A stretch of 28,154 nt of DNA from NCBI GenBank assembly GCA_048594525.1, contig JBMDXV010000078.1, forward strand, positions 1 to 28,154, read 5' to 3'. The stretch is from Gammaproteobacteria bacterium (GTDB taxonomy: Bacteria; Pseudomonadota; Gammaproteobacteria; Francisellales; CACEW01). The translations under genes and the position numbers were made by a program. The notes under the pieces were generated by a model. It was given only the letters and a program-made list of their open reading frames with translations. It ran no database searches and was not told where the DNA came from. Shown here piece by piece: positions 7,215-15,990 of the stretch (position 1 is its first letter; every line of letters begins with the position of its first letter).

Positions 7215-8572
7215 AGAAGTTAATTCTCCTCCTCTCTTTGCCAGGCGCAGTTTTTGCGAATGATGGGGTACAGAATGATTTAGATAATTTTTTTAATCAG
7301 TCGGGCTTTGTCTCCAATGTGACGACACCGACGGCTTACCAAGGTCAGGAAGCGGGATACTATTCGGCGGGGTCTCTTTACCTTCAATCGCCTTCGCGGT
7401 ATGTGCAGCCCATTGGGATTACGCTCCCTTCCTTGAATACAGGCTGCGGGGGGATTGATCTATTTAATGGGGGGATGTCCTTTATTAACAGTAAGGAACT
7501 CACCGCCTTTGCGCAGAATGTGATGTCCAATGCAGCGGGTTATGCTCTGCATTTGGCTTTAGCGACGTATGCGCCTGAGATTGATAGTGCCTTAAAATAC
7601 ATTCAGGATGTGGCCCAGCAAATTAACCAGTTTGGCATGTCGTCCTGCCAAGCTGCGCAAGCTTTGGTGGGAGGCATTTGGGATATGACCGGGCAGAACA
7701 TGACCCAGGCGTGCCAGGATATGGGTCAAAACCAGAATGCCTTTGGAAACTGGGTATCGGCAAAAGAAGGCTGCACGACAGGGAATCAAAGTAGCTCCAT
7801 CTTCCAGAATGGCCAAAGCCAGGGGCAGGGCAAGGATCAACTCCTCCCCAACACCAACATTGCCTGGAATGCGCTCGGGAACTATGGCATTACGAGTGAA
7901 AATGAGGAGCTTGCTGAATTCTTAATGACGGTATCGGGGACGATTGTCACAGATTCCAAGGGCAATCCCCACTTTTATCCACCACAGTTTAATAATGGCA
8001 ATATCATTGATGCCCTTATTAATGGCGGGACTGCTGATATTTATACCTGTAGTGAGAGTTCATCTTGCTTGAATATTACAAGCACCACGATGAACATTGG
8101 GACACAGAATGGGCTGGTTTCGCTCGCGCGGAATAATGTGAGTACCATTGCGCGGGATTTAGCAAGTGATACACCTTTAAATTCAAGCTTACAAAGCTTT
8201 TTACAAAATGTGAACTTCCCGATTTTAACCATCTTAGAATCAACGGCCATGACGGGTCAGAACAGCGCCTCCATTACAGAAGCCCTATCAGAATATTTGG
8301 CTTATTACATTTTAGATGAATACCTGCAATGGGCCTTGAATACCGTGGACTCTGCCTCATCGAGTCTTAATATCCCGGCCCCCGTGTTATCGGAGTTTAC
8401 GAACAATATCAGCCAGGGCCAGGCTTATATTGAAGCGGATGTCTCGAATAAAGCCCAGCAGTACTTAACCCAGTTGCAGGGTCTGATGGCTAACAACCAG
8501 ATGATGCAGCAGGCGATCGGGAAATCGAGTACCGCCCAGGTTGAAAATGTTGAATTCCAGAATGGAGAATAA
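7211..8572 (+). CDS. traH: Conjugal transfer protein TraH
   Basis: NVT.P.AYQGQEAGYYSAGSL, GCGGIDLFNGGMSFIN and SSCQAAQALVGG motifs; GGAGG SD. Confidence 0.93.
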   Translation: MKKLILLLSLPGAVFANDGVQNDLDNFFNQSGFVSNVTTPTAYQGQEAGYYSAGSLYLQSPSRYVQPIGITLPSLNTGCGGIDLFNGGMSFINSKELTAFAQNVMSNAAGYALHLALATYAPEIDSALKYIQDVAQQINQFGMSSCQAAQALVGGIWDMTGQNMTQACQDMGQNQNAFGNWVSAKEGCTTGNQSSSIFQNGQSQGQGKDQLLPNTNIAWNALGNYGITSENEELAEFLMTVSGTIVTDSKGNPHFYPPQFNNGNIIDALINGGTADIYTCSESSSCLNITSTTMNIGTQNGLVSLARNNVSTIARDLASDTPLNSSLQSFLQNVNFPILTILESTAMTGQNSASITEALSEYLAYYILDEYLQWALNTVDSASSSLNIPAPVLSEFTNNISQGQAYIEADVSNKAQQYLTQLQGLMANNQMMQQAIGKSSTAQVENVEFQNGE

Positions 8573-8575
8573 AGA

Positions 8576-11443
8576 ATGACCTTGCCTGTTTATGTGATAA
8601 CAAGTGGAGGGGTTGCGGAATACGTCTTTAATGCCGTAGCAGCCTATACACAAAGCCATGACTTCACTATCATTGTGGGGATTGCCGCGCTCTTAGGCTT
8701 TGGAGCCGCCGCCCTTCGCTATCATCGAGAGCGGGATATTGGGATTGCGGGGCATTGGTTCTTATTGTTCTTTTTAACGACCAATATTTTAGTCTCTCCC
8801 GCCTTATCGCAAGACATTGAGATTATTGATACCACGAATCCCATGCAGACCTATAATGTTGCGCATGTTCCGCTGGGCCTCGCGGTTCCCGCCTCGATGA
8901 TCTCCGAAGTCATGGTGGGGGTGGCGCAGGGCTTGGATACCGTCTTCCACCTGCCGGATGATATGGGCTACAGTTCAACGGGCATGCTCTATGGCAATAA
9001 GATCATGGAGACGAGCTTAAATCCCTCTCCCCTCCCGAAAGCCCTTCAAGCGGAAGTGGATGACTTTTACCGGCAGTGTATTTTACCGGACATCGTCATT
9101 AACAAAAAATATACCTATGAAGATTTAGCAACGTCTGTCAATCTCTTCAACTTTTTACAAAGTCAGCAAATGTCTCCCTTACGCGGCATTTACATCAATG
9201 GAAACTTTGAGACCTGTGCGCAAGCGGTGGGTCTCATTCAGACAAGCTTCCAGGGGTTTACCTCGACGCAACTCGCGGCCATGCAAAGCAGAATAGCCGG
9301 CCCCCTCGGGAACATTAAGTCTCCCCCCGGGCAATTTGCGAATGATTTACAGACGGCTTATTCGTATTACTTGAATGGCTTATCCCAAGATGCCGCAACG
9401 ACCGTTATGCAAAACTCCATGATCAACAGCATCCAGCAAGCAGGGGTGGATAACGCGGCTTATTACAACAATTCGGCAGCACAACTCATCAACTATGCAG
9501 AGACAACAGGAGAACAAGGCTTTTTAATGCAGACCCTCACGATCGCGAAAGTCATTGCGAACTGGCTTCCCTTTATTCAAACTGCGATTTTTTTAGCAGG
9601 GGTGGCGCTCTTTCCGATTGCGGTGTTGTTTACGATTGATCCCACGAGTTCGCATCGGTTCTTTAAGAACTATTTGGTCTTTTTTGTGTGGATCTGTTCC
9701 TGGCCAGTGATCTTTGTGGCGGTGAACTTTATCTCGAATGTGGCCTTAAGCTTTACAGCAAGTACGTACACCGCGGGGCTTTCGGGGCCAGGGATTACCT
9801 TGAGCAATATTAACGGGGTGCAGTTTGATTTTACGGTGATGTATGCGATATCGAGTCTTCTCACCATTGCGGCGGTGACAGGAGGGCTTCCTGGAGTGAT
9901 GAAGATGTCGAACATGGGACAAAGCCTCGCGAGCGATTTAATGGGCTTTGCGCGGTATTCGACAGGGGCGGCGGCATCAGCTTTGGGGGATGGGAATCTC
10001 AGCCTCGGCAATATGAGTGCGTTTAATGGGAGCGCGAATAAAACGGATCTTAATTCGAGCTACACCTATGGAATGAGTGCGGTGACGAACCCCAGTACGG
10101 GAACGGTGGATAAAGATTGGACATCCGGTGGGCAAAGTCACTACATTGGGACGGATGCGAGTGGCTTTGTCTTAGGTGGGAACTATGCGGCCAACTTTGC
10201 TCAGGAATCAACGAGCCAGTTACAGCAGATGGCGAGCCATAGTAAACAGGCTGCGCAGAGTATGTCTGAGCAGGCGACGCAAGGCATCAGTTCTGAGTTC
10301 CAGCACCTGGATCAGACCATGAGTCAAATTACGAATGACCAAAGTTATCAAGAGAACTTTAGTCATGACCAGTCTGGTCAGTTTATGGAGGCTTACAATA
10401 CGTTGCAATCCAATGTGCAGAGCTATGGGCAGGAGCATGGGTGGACGAATCAAGAGATTGGAAGTGTAGCTAGAAGTCTAACTTTTGGCATAGATGGCAG
10501 TGTAGGTGCAACAGGTAGTATTGGAGCAGGAAGTATTAAGGGCAGTGCTTCAATTTCTGGCTCTGCAAATTTAAATACGACAGCCAAAAAAGAAGATATT
10601 AATCAATTGGAGTCTAGTTACCGAAGTTCACTTACTGATACTCAAACTAAAGAATTACAAAATCAACAGCAGAATATTAATTCTTACATGGAGCAGGTTC
10701 AGTCAATGCAAAGTCAAGGCAAGCAATTGTCATCAGGAGACCAGATATTAGCAAGTATTGCTAATAGCAAGAGTGAGTTACAGCAAGCCAGCGCTGAGTA
10801 TAGCCAATCCGAGCAATACGAAAATATGGCTTCAAGTATTCAAAGCAACAGTGTTTCGTATAACCAGAATCTCATGCCTACTTTTGAGAGTTGGCTTAAA
10901 TCGAATGCCTATACTCAAAGCGGTCAAATTAAAGATCCAGGTTATCACGAAGCCTATGATGCTTTAATCAATAAAGAAACAGGTCGTCCAGTCACTGCGA
11001 TGGGAGCACAATCTTTAGCATGGGCAGAAAACCGTTTTGCAAGTTCAAATTTAAGTGGAACTGGGCTTGTTGCTCAAGCACAAATTGCCGCGACGGCTTC
11101 AAATGTTGCAAGTCAGGCGAATAGTTGGATGGGTGCTGTTAAATCACAGGGGACGTCAGCGGTTAATAGCAGCGCTGCTTCAGGAGTAGCTTCTGCACAA
11201 GCTGATTTTGTACAACAAGGCGGTCAATCCATGAGTAGTGCTAATTTCAATAGTAATAAAGCGAACGTTGAATCTAGTGTTAATGCTCAGCAAGGAACAG
11301 TGAATCAACAAGGTGCTGCCTTAGATCAAGAGAAAAGCAGCGATATGGAAAATTTTGATAAAAACACAGGAGCAGTCAATTCTAATGAAAATAGGGGATT
11401 ATGGGCAACAGAATGGAAAAATGATGATAAACCTGTTAATTGA
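8576..11443 (+). CDS. traG: Mating-pair stabilisation / entry-exclusion target TraG
   Basis: N-terminal TM segments, VAHVPLGLA.PAS, QCI..D and CSWPVIFVAVN motifs, then a long polar C-terminal periplasmic region; follows traH. Confidence 0.92.
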   Translation: MTLPVYVITSGGVAEYVFNAVAAYTQSHDFTIIVGIAALLGFGAAALRYHRERDIGIAGHWFLLFFLTTNILVSPALSQDIEIIDTTNPMQTYNVAHVPLGLAVPASMISEVMVGVAQGLDTVFHLPDDMGYSSTGMLYGNKIMETSLNPSPLPKALQAEVDDFYRQCILPDIVINKKYTYEDLATSVNLFNFLQSQQMSPLRGIYINGNFETCAQAVGLIQTSFQGFTSTQLAAMQSRIAGPLGNIKSPPGQFANDLQTAYSYYLNGLSQDAATTVMQNSMINSIQQAGVDNAAYYNNSAAQLINYAETTGEQGFLMQTLTIAKVIANWLPFIQTAIFLAGVALFPIAVLFTIDPTSSHRFFKNYLVFFVWICSWPVIFVAVNFISNVALSFTASTYTAGLSGPGITLSNINGVQFDFTVMYAISSLLTIAAVTGGLPGVMKMSNMGQSLASDLMGFARYSTGAAASALGDGNLSLGNMSAFNGSANKTDLNSSYTYGMSAVTNPSTGTVDKDWTSGGQSHYIGTDASGFVLGGNYAANFAQESTSQLQQMASHSKQAAQSMSEQATQGISSEFQHLDQTMSQITNDQSYQENFSHDQSGQFMEAYNTLQSNVQSYGQEHGWTNQEIGSVARSLTFGIDGSVGATGSIGAGSIKGSASISGSANLNTTAKKEDINQLESSYRSSLTDTQTKELQNQQQNINSYMEQVQSMQSQGKQLSSGDQILASIANSKSELQQASAEYSQSEQYENMASSIQSNSVSYNQNLMPTFESWLKSNAYTQSGQIKDPGYHEAYDALINKETGRPVTAMGAQSLAWAENRFASSNLSGTGLVAQAQIAATASNVASQANSWMGAVKSQGTSAVNSSAASGVASAQADFVQQGGQSMSSANFNSNKANVESSVNAQQGTVNQQGAALDQEKSSDMENFDKNTGAVNSNENRGLWATEWKNDDKPVN

Positions 11444-11449
11444 AAAGGA

Positions 11450-11893
11450 CTAGTGTCGATGATTATATTTATTACCTCTCAACCCACAATATGCCGAATT
11501 ATCAAAAAAAGAAACGCTTTCTCTTTTTTTCGGGAAAAGTTCATTACTATCACAAGAACTTGTAGTAGGTTTTTTTCCAGACATCCAATATGCAATAAAA
11601 AATATCAAGGAAATTACCAAAATGCTACCTAAGCTTCCTAAAAGATACATGCCGATCTCTTCGAGTAGACTTGAATTGATAGAAAGACTTCCTATAGTAG
11701 TAGAGAGGATCGCCCCAACAGCAAAGATAGAGAAGCCGCCTGTAAAAATAGTCGAAACTAATATTCGTTGCCATTTTGGCGGTTTTTTGAATTCTTCTTT
11801 AGCAGCCGTTAAGTCTGCTTTAGGATTGGCCGCTAAACCTAAATACGATAAATCATCAGTTTTCGCCTTCTTACCGAATTTAAAGCAGGCCAT
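11450..11893 (-). CDS. Two-TM membrane protein convergent with traG; candidate entry-exclusion protein
   Basis: GGAGGAAGG SD just upstream of the ATG at 11893 (the ORF track starts at 11959). It has two hydrophobic helices, and its stop lies 6 bp from the traG stop. Confidence 0.65.
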   Translation of the reverse strand: MACFKFGKKAKTDDLSYLGLAANPKADLTAAKEEFKKPPKWQRILVSTIFTGGFSIFAVGAILSTTIGSLSINSSLLEEIGMYLLGSLGSILVISLIFFIAYWMSGKKPTTSSCDSNELFPKKRESVSFFDNSAYCGLRGNKYNHRH

Positions 11894-12028
11894 TACCTTC
11901 CTCCAAAATTTAGACACTATTAAAAGTATAGCACAAATCTGTAAAAAGGCGAGAGTCAAAACAATGCTTTTAATTCAGTGGGTTAACAAACGTATTCAAG
12001 TTGAAAGCACTACATCCTCACTTACCGC

Positions 12029-12292
12029 CTATGTCCGATATACCCACCAGTGCATGGCTAAAAACACAAAAGGAATAGCCAGAATTCTGAGCACATCGTG
12101 TAAAAGCTGCATCACAGCCATCGCGAACAAATTTACGTCTGCTGCAAGGATGCTGCTGATAACAAACCGATCGATCAGCGCCAAAACCATAAACGAAAAT
12201 GCACAGCCGAATAAAAAGTGTATCAAGCTTTTTCTTTTTTGGATTGCGCTTTTTTGTTCCATCCAGTTTTTAATCTTCATTTCCAACTCCAT
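12029..12292 (-). CDS. Small hydrophobic membrane protein, unknown function
   Basis: 87-aa ORF with a basic N-terminus and two hydrophobic segments; co-directional with 11450-11893. Confidence 0.55.
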   Translation of the reverse strand: MELEMKIKNWMEQKSAIQKRKSLIHFLFGCAFSFMVLALIDRFVISSILAADVNLFAMAVMQLLHDVLRILAIPFVFLAMHWWVYRT

Positions 12293-12388
12293 TGTGAAGT
12301 GGAAATATAGCTTATCACAAAAGTATGTGTATAAATTGACTTGATTGATAAGATATTGATTTTATGTATGAACCAACCAGGAGTAATG

Positions 12389-13201
12389 ATGCAAAAAATA
12401 AGTAAATTGTTAAAAGTAGGCGCCTTAGCGAGTGCGATGGGGGTTTTATCAGGTCTTGCCGGATGCGCCAGTCCACAAGCTGTCCCTACGGCCCCACCTC
12501 AGCCCTTCAGCCCCGCACAGGAGCAGGCCATCTCTGCCATTGTAGCCAAAACCCTGATTAACAATCCCTCGATCTTGCTACAGACTGTCCAAGCTTTAAA
12601 AGCCCAGCAAGCCAATACAGCGAATCAGCAAGCCCTGAGCGCCATCAGTAAAAACGCAAGCAATCTTTTAAACGATGAAGCCTCACCCTTCATTGGCCCA
12701 GAGAATGCTTCTGTGGTGGTCATCGAGTTCTTTGACTATCAGTGTGTCTATTGTCATCAGGTCTATCCTGAAGTGAAGTCTTTAATCGCGGCTTATCCCA
12801 ATGTGAAGTTTATCTTTAAAGAGTTCCCCATTTTTGGCGCCTCTTCAGAGTATGCAGCAAAAATGTCTATTGTCGCCTTTGAACTCAACAAGTTTGAATC
12901 CTTCCACAATGCCCTCTTTGATACAGGCTTAATGGAAGGCAAGCTGACACCCGACGCAGTAGACAAAGTCGCAGCACAGGTGGGGATAAACCTCAGTCAA
13001 GCGAAAACCATGATGCAAGGGCTATCCGTATCAGGAGAGTTGTCACGAAACCAATACCTCGCCCAGCAATTAGGTATAGGAGGGACCCCTGATTTTGTCG
13101 TGATGCCGAACTCCACTACGGTGAATCCCGGTAAGGTGACTTTTTTACCCGGGGCTGTTCCCGCACAAGCCTTAACTCAGGCCATCATTCAAGCACAATA
13201 G
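12389..13201 (+). CDS. DsbA-family (Com1/DsbA2-like) thiol-disulfide oxidoreductase lipoprotein
   Basis: AGGAG SD at 12379-12383, lipobox [13 protein letters not shown] active site, FKEFPIFG and cis-Pro GTP motif, with an N-terminal dimerisation-type helix (L..NP.IL.Q..Q.L). Confidence 0.88.
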   Translation: MQKISKLLKVGALASAMGVLSGLAGCASPQAVPTAPPQPFSPAQEQAISAIVAKTLINNPSILLQTVQALKAQQANTANQQALSAISKNASNLLNDEASPFIGPENASVVVIEFFDYQCVYCHQVYPEVKSLIAAYPNVKFIFKEFPIFGASSEYAAKMSIVAFELNKFESFHNALFDTGLMEGKLTPDAVDKVAAQVGINLSQAKTMMQGLSVSGELSRNQYLAQQLGIGGTPDFVVMPNSTTVNPGKVTFLPGAVPAQALTQAIIQAQ

Positions 13202-13211
13202 GAGAACTATC

Positions 13212-13646
13212 ATGTCAAAAGGAACTGTAAACAAAGTGATTCTGGTCGGACGCTTGGGGGCTGATCCTGAAATGCGGTATACCCCAAACGGAGTGGGGGT
13301 GGCCCATTTAAGGCTTGCCACGAATGAAACATTCAAAGATAAAACAGGTCAATCTCAAGATCAGACAGAGTGGCACCGTGTGGTGCTTTTTGGAAAGACG
13401 GCGGAACTTGCGGGTCAATATCTCAAGAAAGGCGCCTCTCTTTTCATTGAAGGGCGAATTCGGACAAACAAATGGAAAGACCAAAGTGGACAGGATCGCT
13501 ACAGCACTGAAATTGTGGCGAATGAAATGCAGTTTATGGGGGGAAATAGAGAAGCAGAAAACAAAGCGAACTCCTCTGAAGCTTCCCTGCCTGTTCAGCA
13601 CGCTGAGCCTGATGATCAGTTTAAAGGGGAAGACATTCCTTTTTAG
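13212..13646 (+). CDS. ssb: Single-stranded DNA-binding protein
   Basis: [25 protein letters not shown]...IEG.I.T.KW and acidic C-terminal DIPF tail. Confidence 0.97.
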   Translation: MSKGTVNKVILVGRLGADPEMRYTPNGVGVAHLRLATNETFKDKTGQSQDQTEWHRVVLFGKTAELAGQYLKKGASLFIEGRIRTNKWKDQSGQDRYSTEIVANEMQFMGGNREAENKANSSEASLPVQHAEPDDQFKGEDIPF

Positions 13647-13679
13647 TCACAAAATTGAACAAACCGATCAGGAGAGACC

Positions 13680-14414
13680 ATGACAAAAGAAAAACAAAAG
13701 GACAAGATTCGGAAGCTTTTAGAGCTATCGATGTCCGATAACGAAAACGAAGCGGCCATTGCCTTAAGGCAGGCGATGAGCTTGATGAACAAACATAATT
13801 TAAGCCAAGAGGAAGTTTATGGCCAGGCGATGATTGAGCATCGTATCACCACTCCTTATTACCGAATTCCAGGCTGGTACATTAAGCTTGCAAATTACAT
13901 GGCCACAGTGTCAGGTTGTTTTTTAGTATATGTAAATGGGCGATCTGATTTTGATATGAAAGCAGAAATGCGTTTTGCGGGCCGAGAGCGGGATGTAAAG
14001 AATTCGCTCTACCTTTTAACCTTTTTGCAAAGAACGCTGGAATCTCGTGTTAAGGAATACCGGATGGTGATCGAAAAAGAAGGGCTAGAGCCTGTTTCCA
14101 TGTGGGTGAAGTCTTACCGGTATGGCTTTATCACCAAAGTGTACCAACGGATTAAAGAGAGCAAGAAACAGTTTTTCACTGCCGAAAAAGGGACAGGGAT
14201 AGTCTGTGTTGATTCAGAGGCACGCATTCAAGAGGCAAAAGACTTTTACATCAAAACACACCAAACAAAAATAAGAACGACGGAGTCGCAAAGCCAATAC
14301 ATTGGATCAGCTTTACGGGCAGGGCAAAGTGATGCGGATGAATTGCAACTCAATAATGCGCTGAGCGGCCAGGATGAGGTGCTAGGGATCAGTCATTTAA
14401 AAGGAAGATCATGA
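13680..14414 (+). CDS. DUF2786 domain-containing protein
   Basis: N-terminal KIRKLL.LS.S.NENEA..A...A..LM.KHNL motif and C-terminal G..D...L.L. Confidence 0.8.
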   Translation: MTKEKQKDKIRKLLELSMSDNENEAAIALRQAMSLMNKHNLSQEEVYGQAMIEHRITTPYYRIPGWYIKLANYMATVSGCFLVYVNGRSDFDMKAEMRFAGRERDVKNSLYLLTFLQRTLESRVKEYRMVIEKEGLEPVSMWVKSYRYGFITKVYQRIKESKKQFFTAEKGTGIVCVDSEARIQEAKDFYIKTHQTKIRTTESQSQYIGSALRAGQSDADELQLNNALSGQDEVLGISHLKGRS

Positions 14415-14971
14415 ACGCATATATCGCTTTAAAATCCCTCTTTGAGGTGAGCACCCGTAAAAAGCAAGTGAGCCTCATGGGGCGATTTAAGTTTTATCTC
14501 TGGTGCACCTTTTTAGTCAAAAAGACTTCACACCAAAGAAGAATAAAACAAGCCTCGCGCCTACTCAGGCTATTTAATCAGCAGGATTTCAGGCATCAGC
14601 CCACCTCCTTTTTTGCCTATCTTCGTAAAATTGACGCGTTTACTTTTGAAGAACTGCTTCTCTTGGCCTTTAAGGCCAGGGGCTGCAAAGTGATTCATAA
14701 CGAGGCATACACGGGAGACGGGGGCATTGATGGCATGGTGATCTTCCCGGATAAGACCCGGTGGGCCATCCAGGCTAAGCGATATTCCACGTATATAAAG
14801 CTTGAGCATGTGAAAGCTTTAAGTCAGGTGGTCAAAGCACAAAGGCTCCAAGGTGGGATCTTTATCCATACAGGGCAGACAGGAGGGCGAGTTTATCCCT
14901 ACTTGGGCAAAGAGATTCTTTTAATCAGTGGGCAGAGGCTGCATCAGTTTGTAACCTCTGCTTTAGGATGA
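14411..14971 (+). CDS. Mrr-like PD-(D/E)xK restriction endonuclease
   Basis: YLRKID.F.FEELL...F, TGDGGIDG and AIQAKRY match the Mrr_cat signature; ATGA overlap with DUF2786. Confidence 0.88.
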   Translation: MNAYIALKSLFEVSTRKKQVSLMGRFKFYLWCTFLVKKTSHQRRIKQASRLLRLFNQQDFRHQPTSFFAYLRKIDAFTFEELLLLAFKARGCKVIHNEAYTGDGGIDGMVIFPDKTRWAIQAKRYSTYIKLEHVKALSQVVKAQRLQGGIFIHTGQTGGRVYPYLGKEILLISGQRLHQFVTSALG

Positions 14972-15028
14972 GGGAGGGCTGGTATCAAGAGCTGGGTGTG
15001 CTCAGAAATGGTTAATATCTGTCTTTTT

Positions 15029-15271
15029 TTAAGATGAAGCATGCCTGATGTGCAAATCAAACAAAGGATGGCCAGTAGGGTAGAAGATAAAGCCTTGTAG
15101 AACGATAACAAAGAGACTGAGGAGCAATATGCAAATCACAATGGCAGGGAAGTCCTGGTAAAGACTGGCGGAAATTTGCACTATGGTTTTAATGAAGAAG
15201 AATGACCAGCCGACTAAGAAAGCGGTGAGTATGAGCAATAGAAAAATATGGTGGTGAGAGATGGGTTGCAT
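15029..15271 (-). CDS. Small two-TM membrane protein (paralogue A), probably leaderless
   Basis: 80 aa with two hydrophobic helices; aligns with 15436-15690. Confidence 0.65.
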   Translation of the reverse strand: MQPISHHHIFLLLILTAFLVGWSFFFIKTIVQISASLYQDFPAIVICILLLSLFVIVLQGFIFYPTGHPLFDLHIRHASS

Positions 15272-15277
15272 AGTAGC

Positions 15278-15286
15278 AGTATAGCA
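15278..15286 (-). promoter_or_regulatory. Extended -10 element TGcTATACT 6 nt upstream of the ATG at 15271
   Basis: The minus strand reads TG-C-TATACT-GCTACT-ATG, with no SD and an AT-rich upstream tract. Confidence 0.55.
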
Positions 15287-15435
15287 ATAAACGAAAAAAG
15301 TAAAAAAATATTATTTGTAAAATTTAATAATTTTAATATGAGGTGAAGCGTGGATTAAGTAATCAATTTGGAATGAAAAACTAAGCAAGGGAGCCTCTTT
15401 TGCATATTCTTTCAATCAGTGAGGGGGGGGTTACA

Positions 15436-15690
15436 TCAGCTTGTGGCCCATGTGCTGGGATGAAGCAACATAGGCAAGGTAGAGGGATCAGTAGAAAGAT
15501 GAAGGAAAGTAGAGTAAATAATAATCAAAATAGCAGTGAGCGAACCCAGGAATTTATAGATGGAAGAGGGTCTCCTTTGGTCTCTGGAAAAAAACTCACA
15601 GGCTGCTTTGATAAAAAGGATAAGGATGCCAAGCGTCATAGCCGACATCAGCAGCATAAAAAAGAGGTGCGAATAGGTTATTTCTTTCAT
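15436..15690 (-). CDS. Small two-TM membrane protein (paralogue B)
   Basis: 84 aa. MKEITYSHLFFMLLMSA...FIK aligns with MQPISHHHIFLLLILTA...FIK. Confidence 0.62.
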   Translation of the reverse strand: MKEITYSHLFFMLLMSAMTLGILILFIKAACEFFSRDQRRPSSIYKFLGSLTAILIIIYSTFLHLSTDPSTLPMLLHPSTWATS

Positions 15691-15771
15691 CAGGGGAGCT
15701 TACCAGATTTGTACAGGAAAAATAAGCACAAGCTTGGTCAAGCAAAAAAGCAGCGCGTTTTCTTAGCTTGC

Positions 15772-15835
15772 AGCAATAGAAAAATGAGGAGGTAGGAAAT
15801 GGATTAGCGTAAAGCGGCGGAATTAGCAGTATAGC
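15772..15835 (-). pseudogene. Degenerate third copy of the 5' end and -10 box of the small membrane-protein gene
   Basis: AGCAATAGAAAAAT is identical at 15234-15247 and 15772-15785, and TAGCAGTATAGC at 15274-15285 and 15824-15835. The start codon is lost and the frame is interrupted. Confidence 0.5.
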
Positions 15836-15990
15836 CCATAAAAACTGGCTTATCAGAGATTAATTTTTATCCTCTCTTAAATGAGAAGAGGAGGGGTCAT
15901 TTCAAAAAAAGGGGTTTGGTGCGATGTCGATTTAGAGGGCTGGGTTAGTGGAGTGGGGCAGGAAACTATTCATAAAGAGGAGAGTATCAA

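Noticed and set aside
11622-12344. 240-aa + strand ORF
   Set aside because: It is antisense to two plausible membrane-protein genes, one with a strong SD, and has no recognisable motifs.
14972-15028. Intrinsic terminator between convergent genes
   Set aside because: Only a 4-bp stem, not adjacent to the T-run; too weak to call.
15029-15690. Small membrane ORFs as F-type pilin (TraA)
   Set aside because: They lack the long cleavable propilin leader, are antisense to the tra genes and are not beside traL/E.
15400-15795. 131-aa basic + strand ORF
   Set aside because: The Lys/Arg richness is expected from the antisense of a hydrophobic gene, and there is no convincing start.
15830-15838. TATAGCCCA match to the R388 nic downstream flank
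   Set aside because: There is no upstream inverted repeat or TGCGTATTGTCT core, and the bases are explained by the duplicated -10 box.
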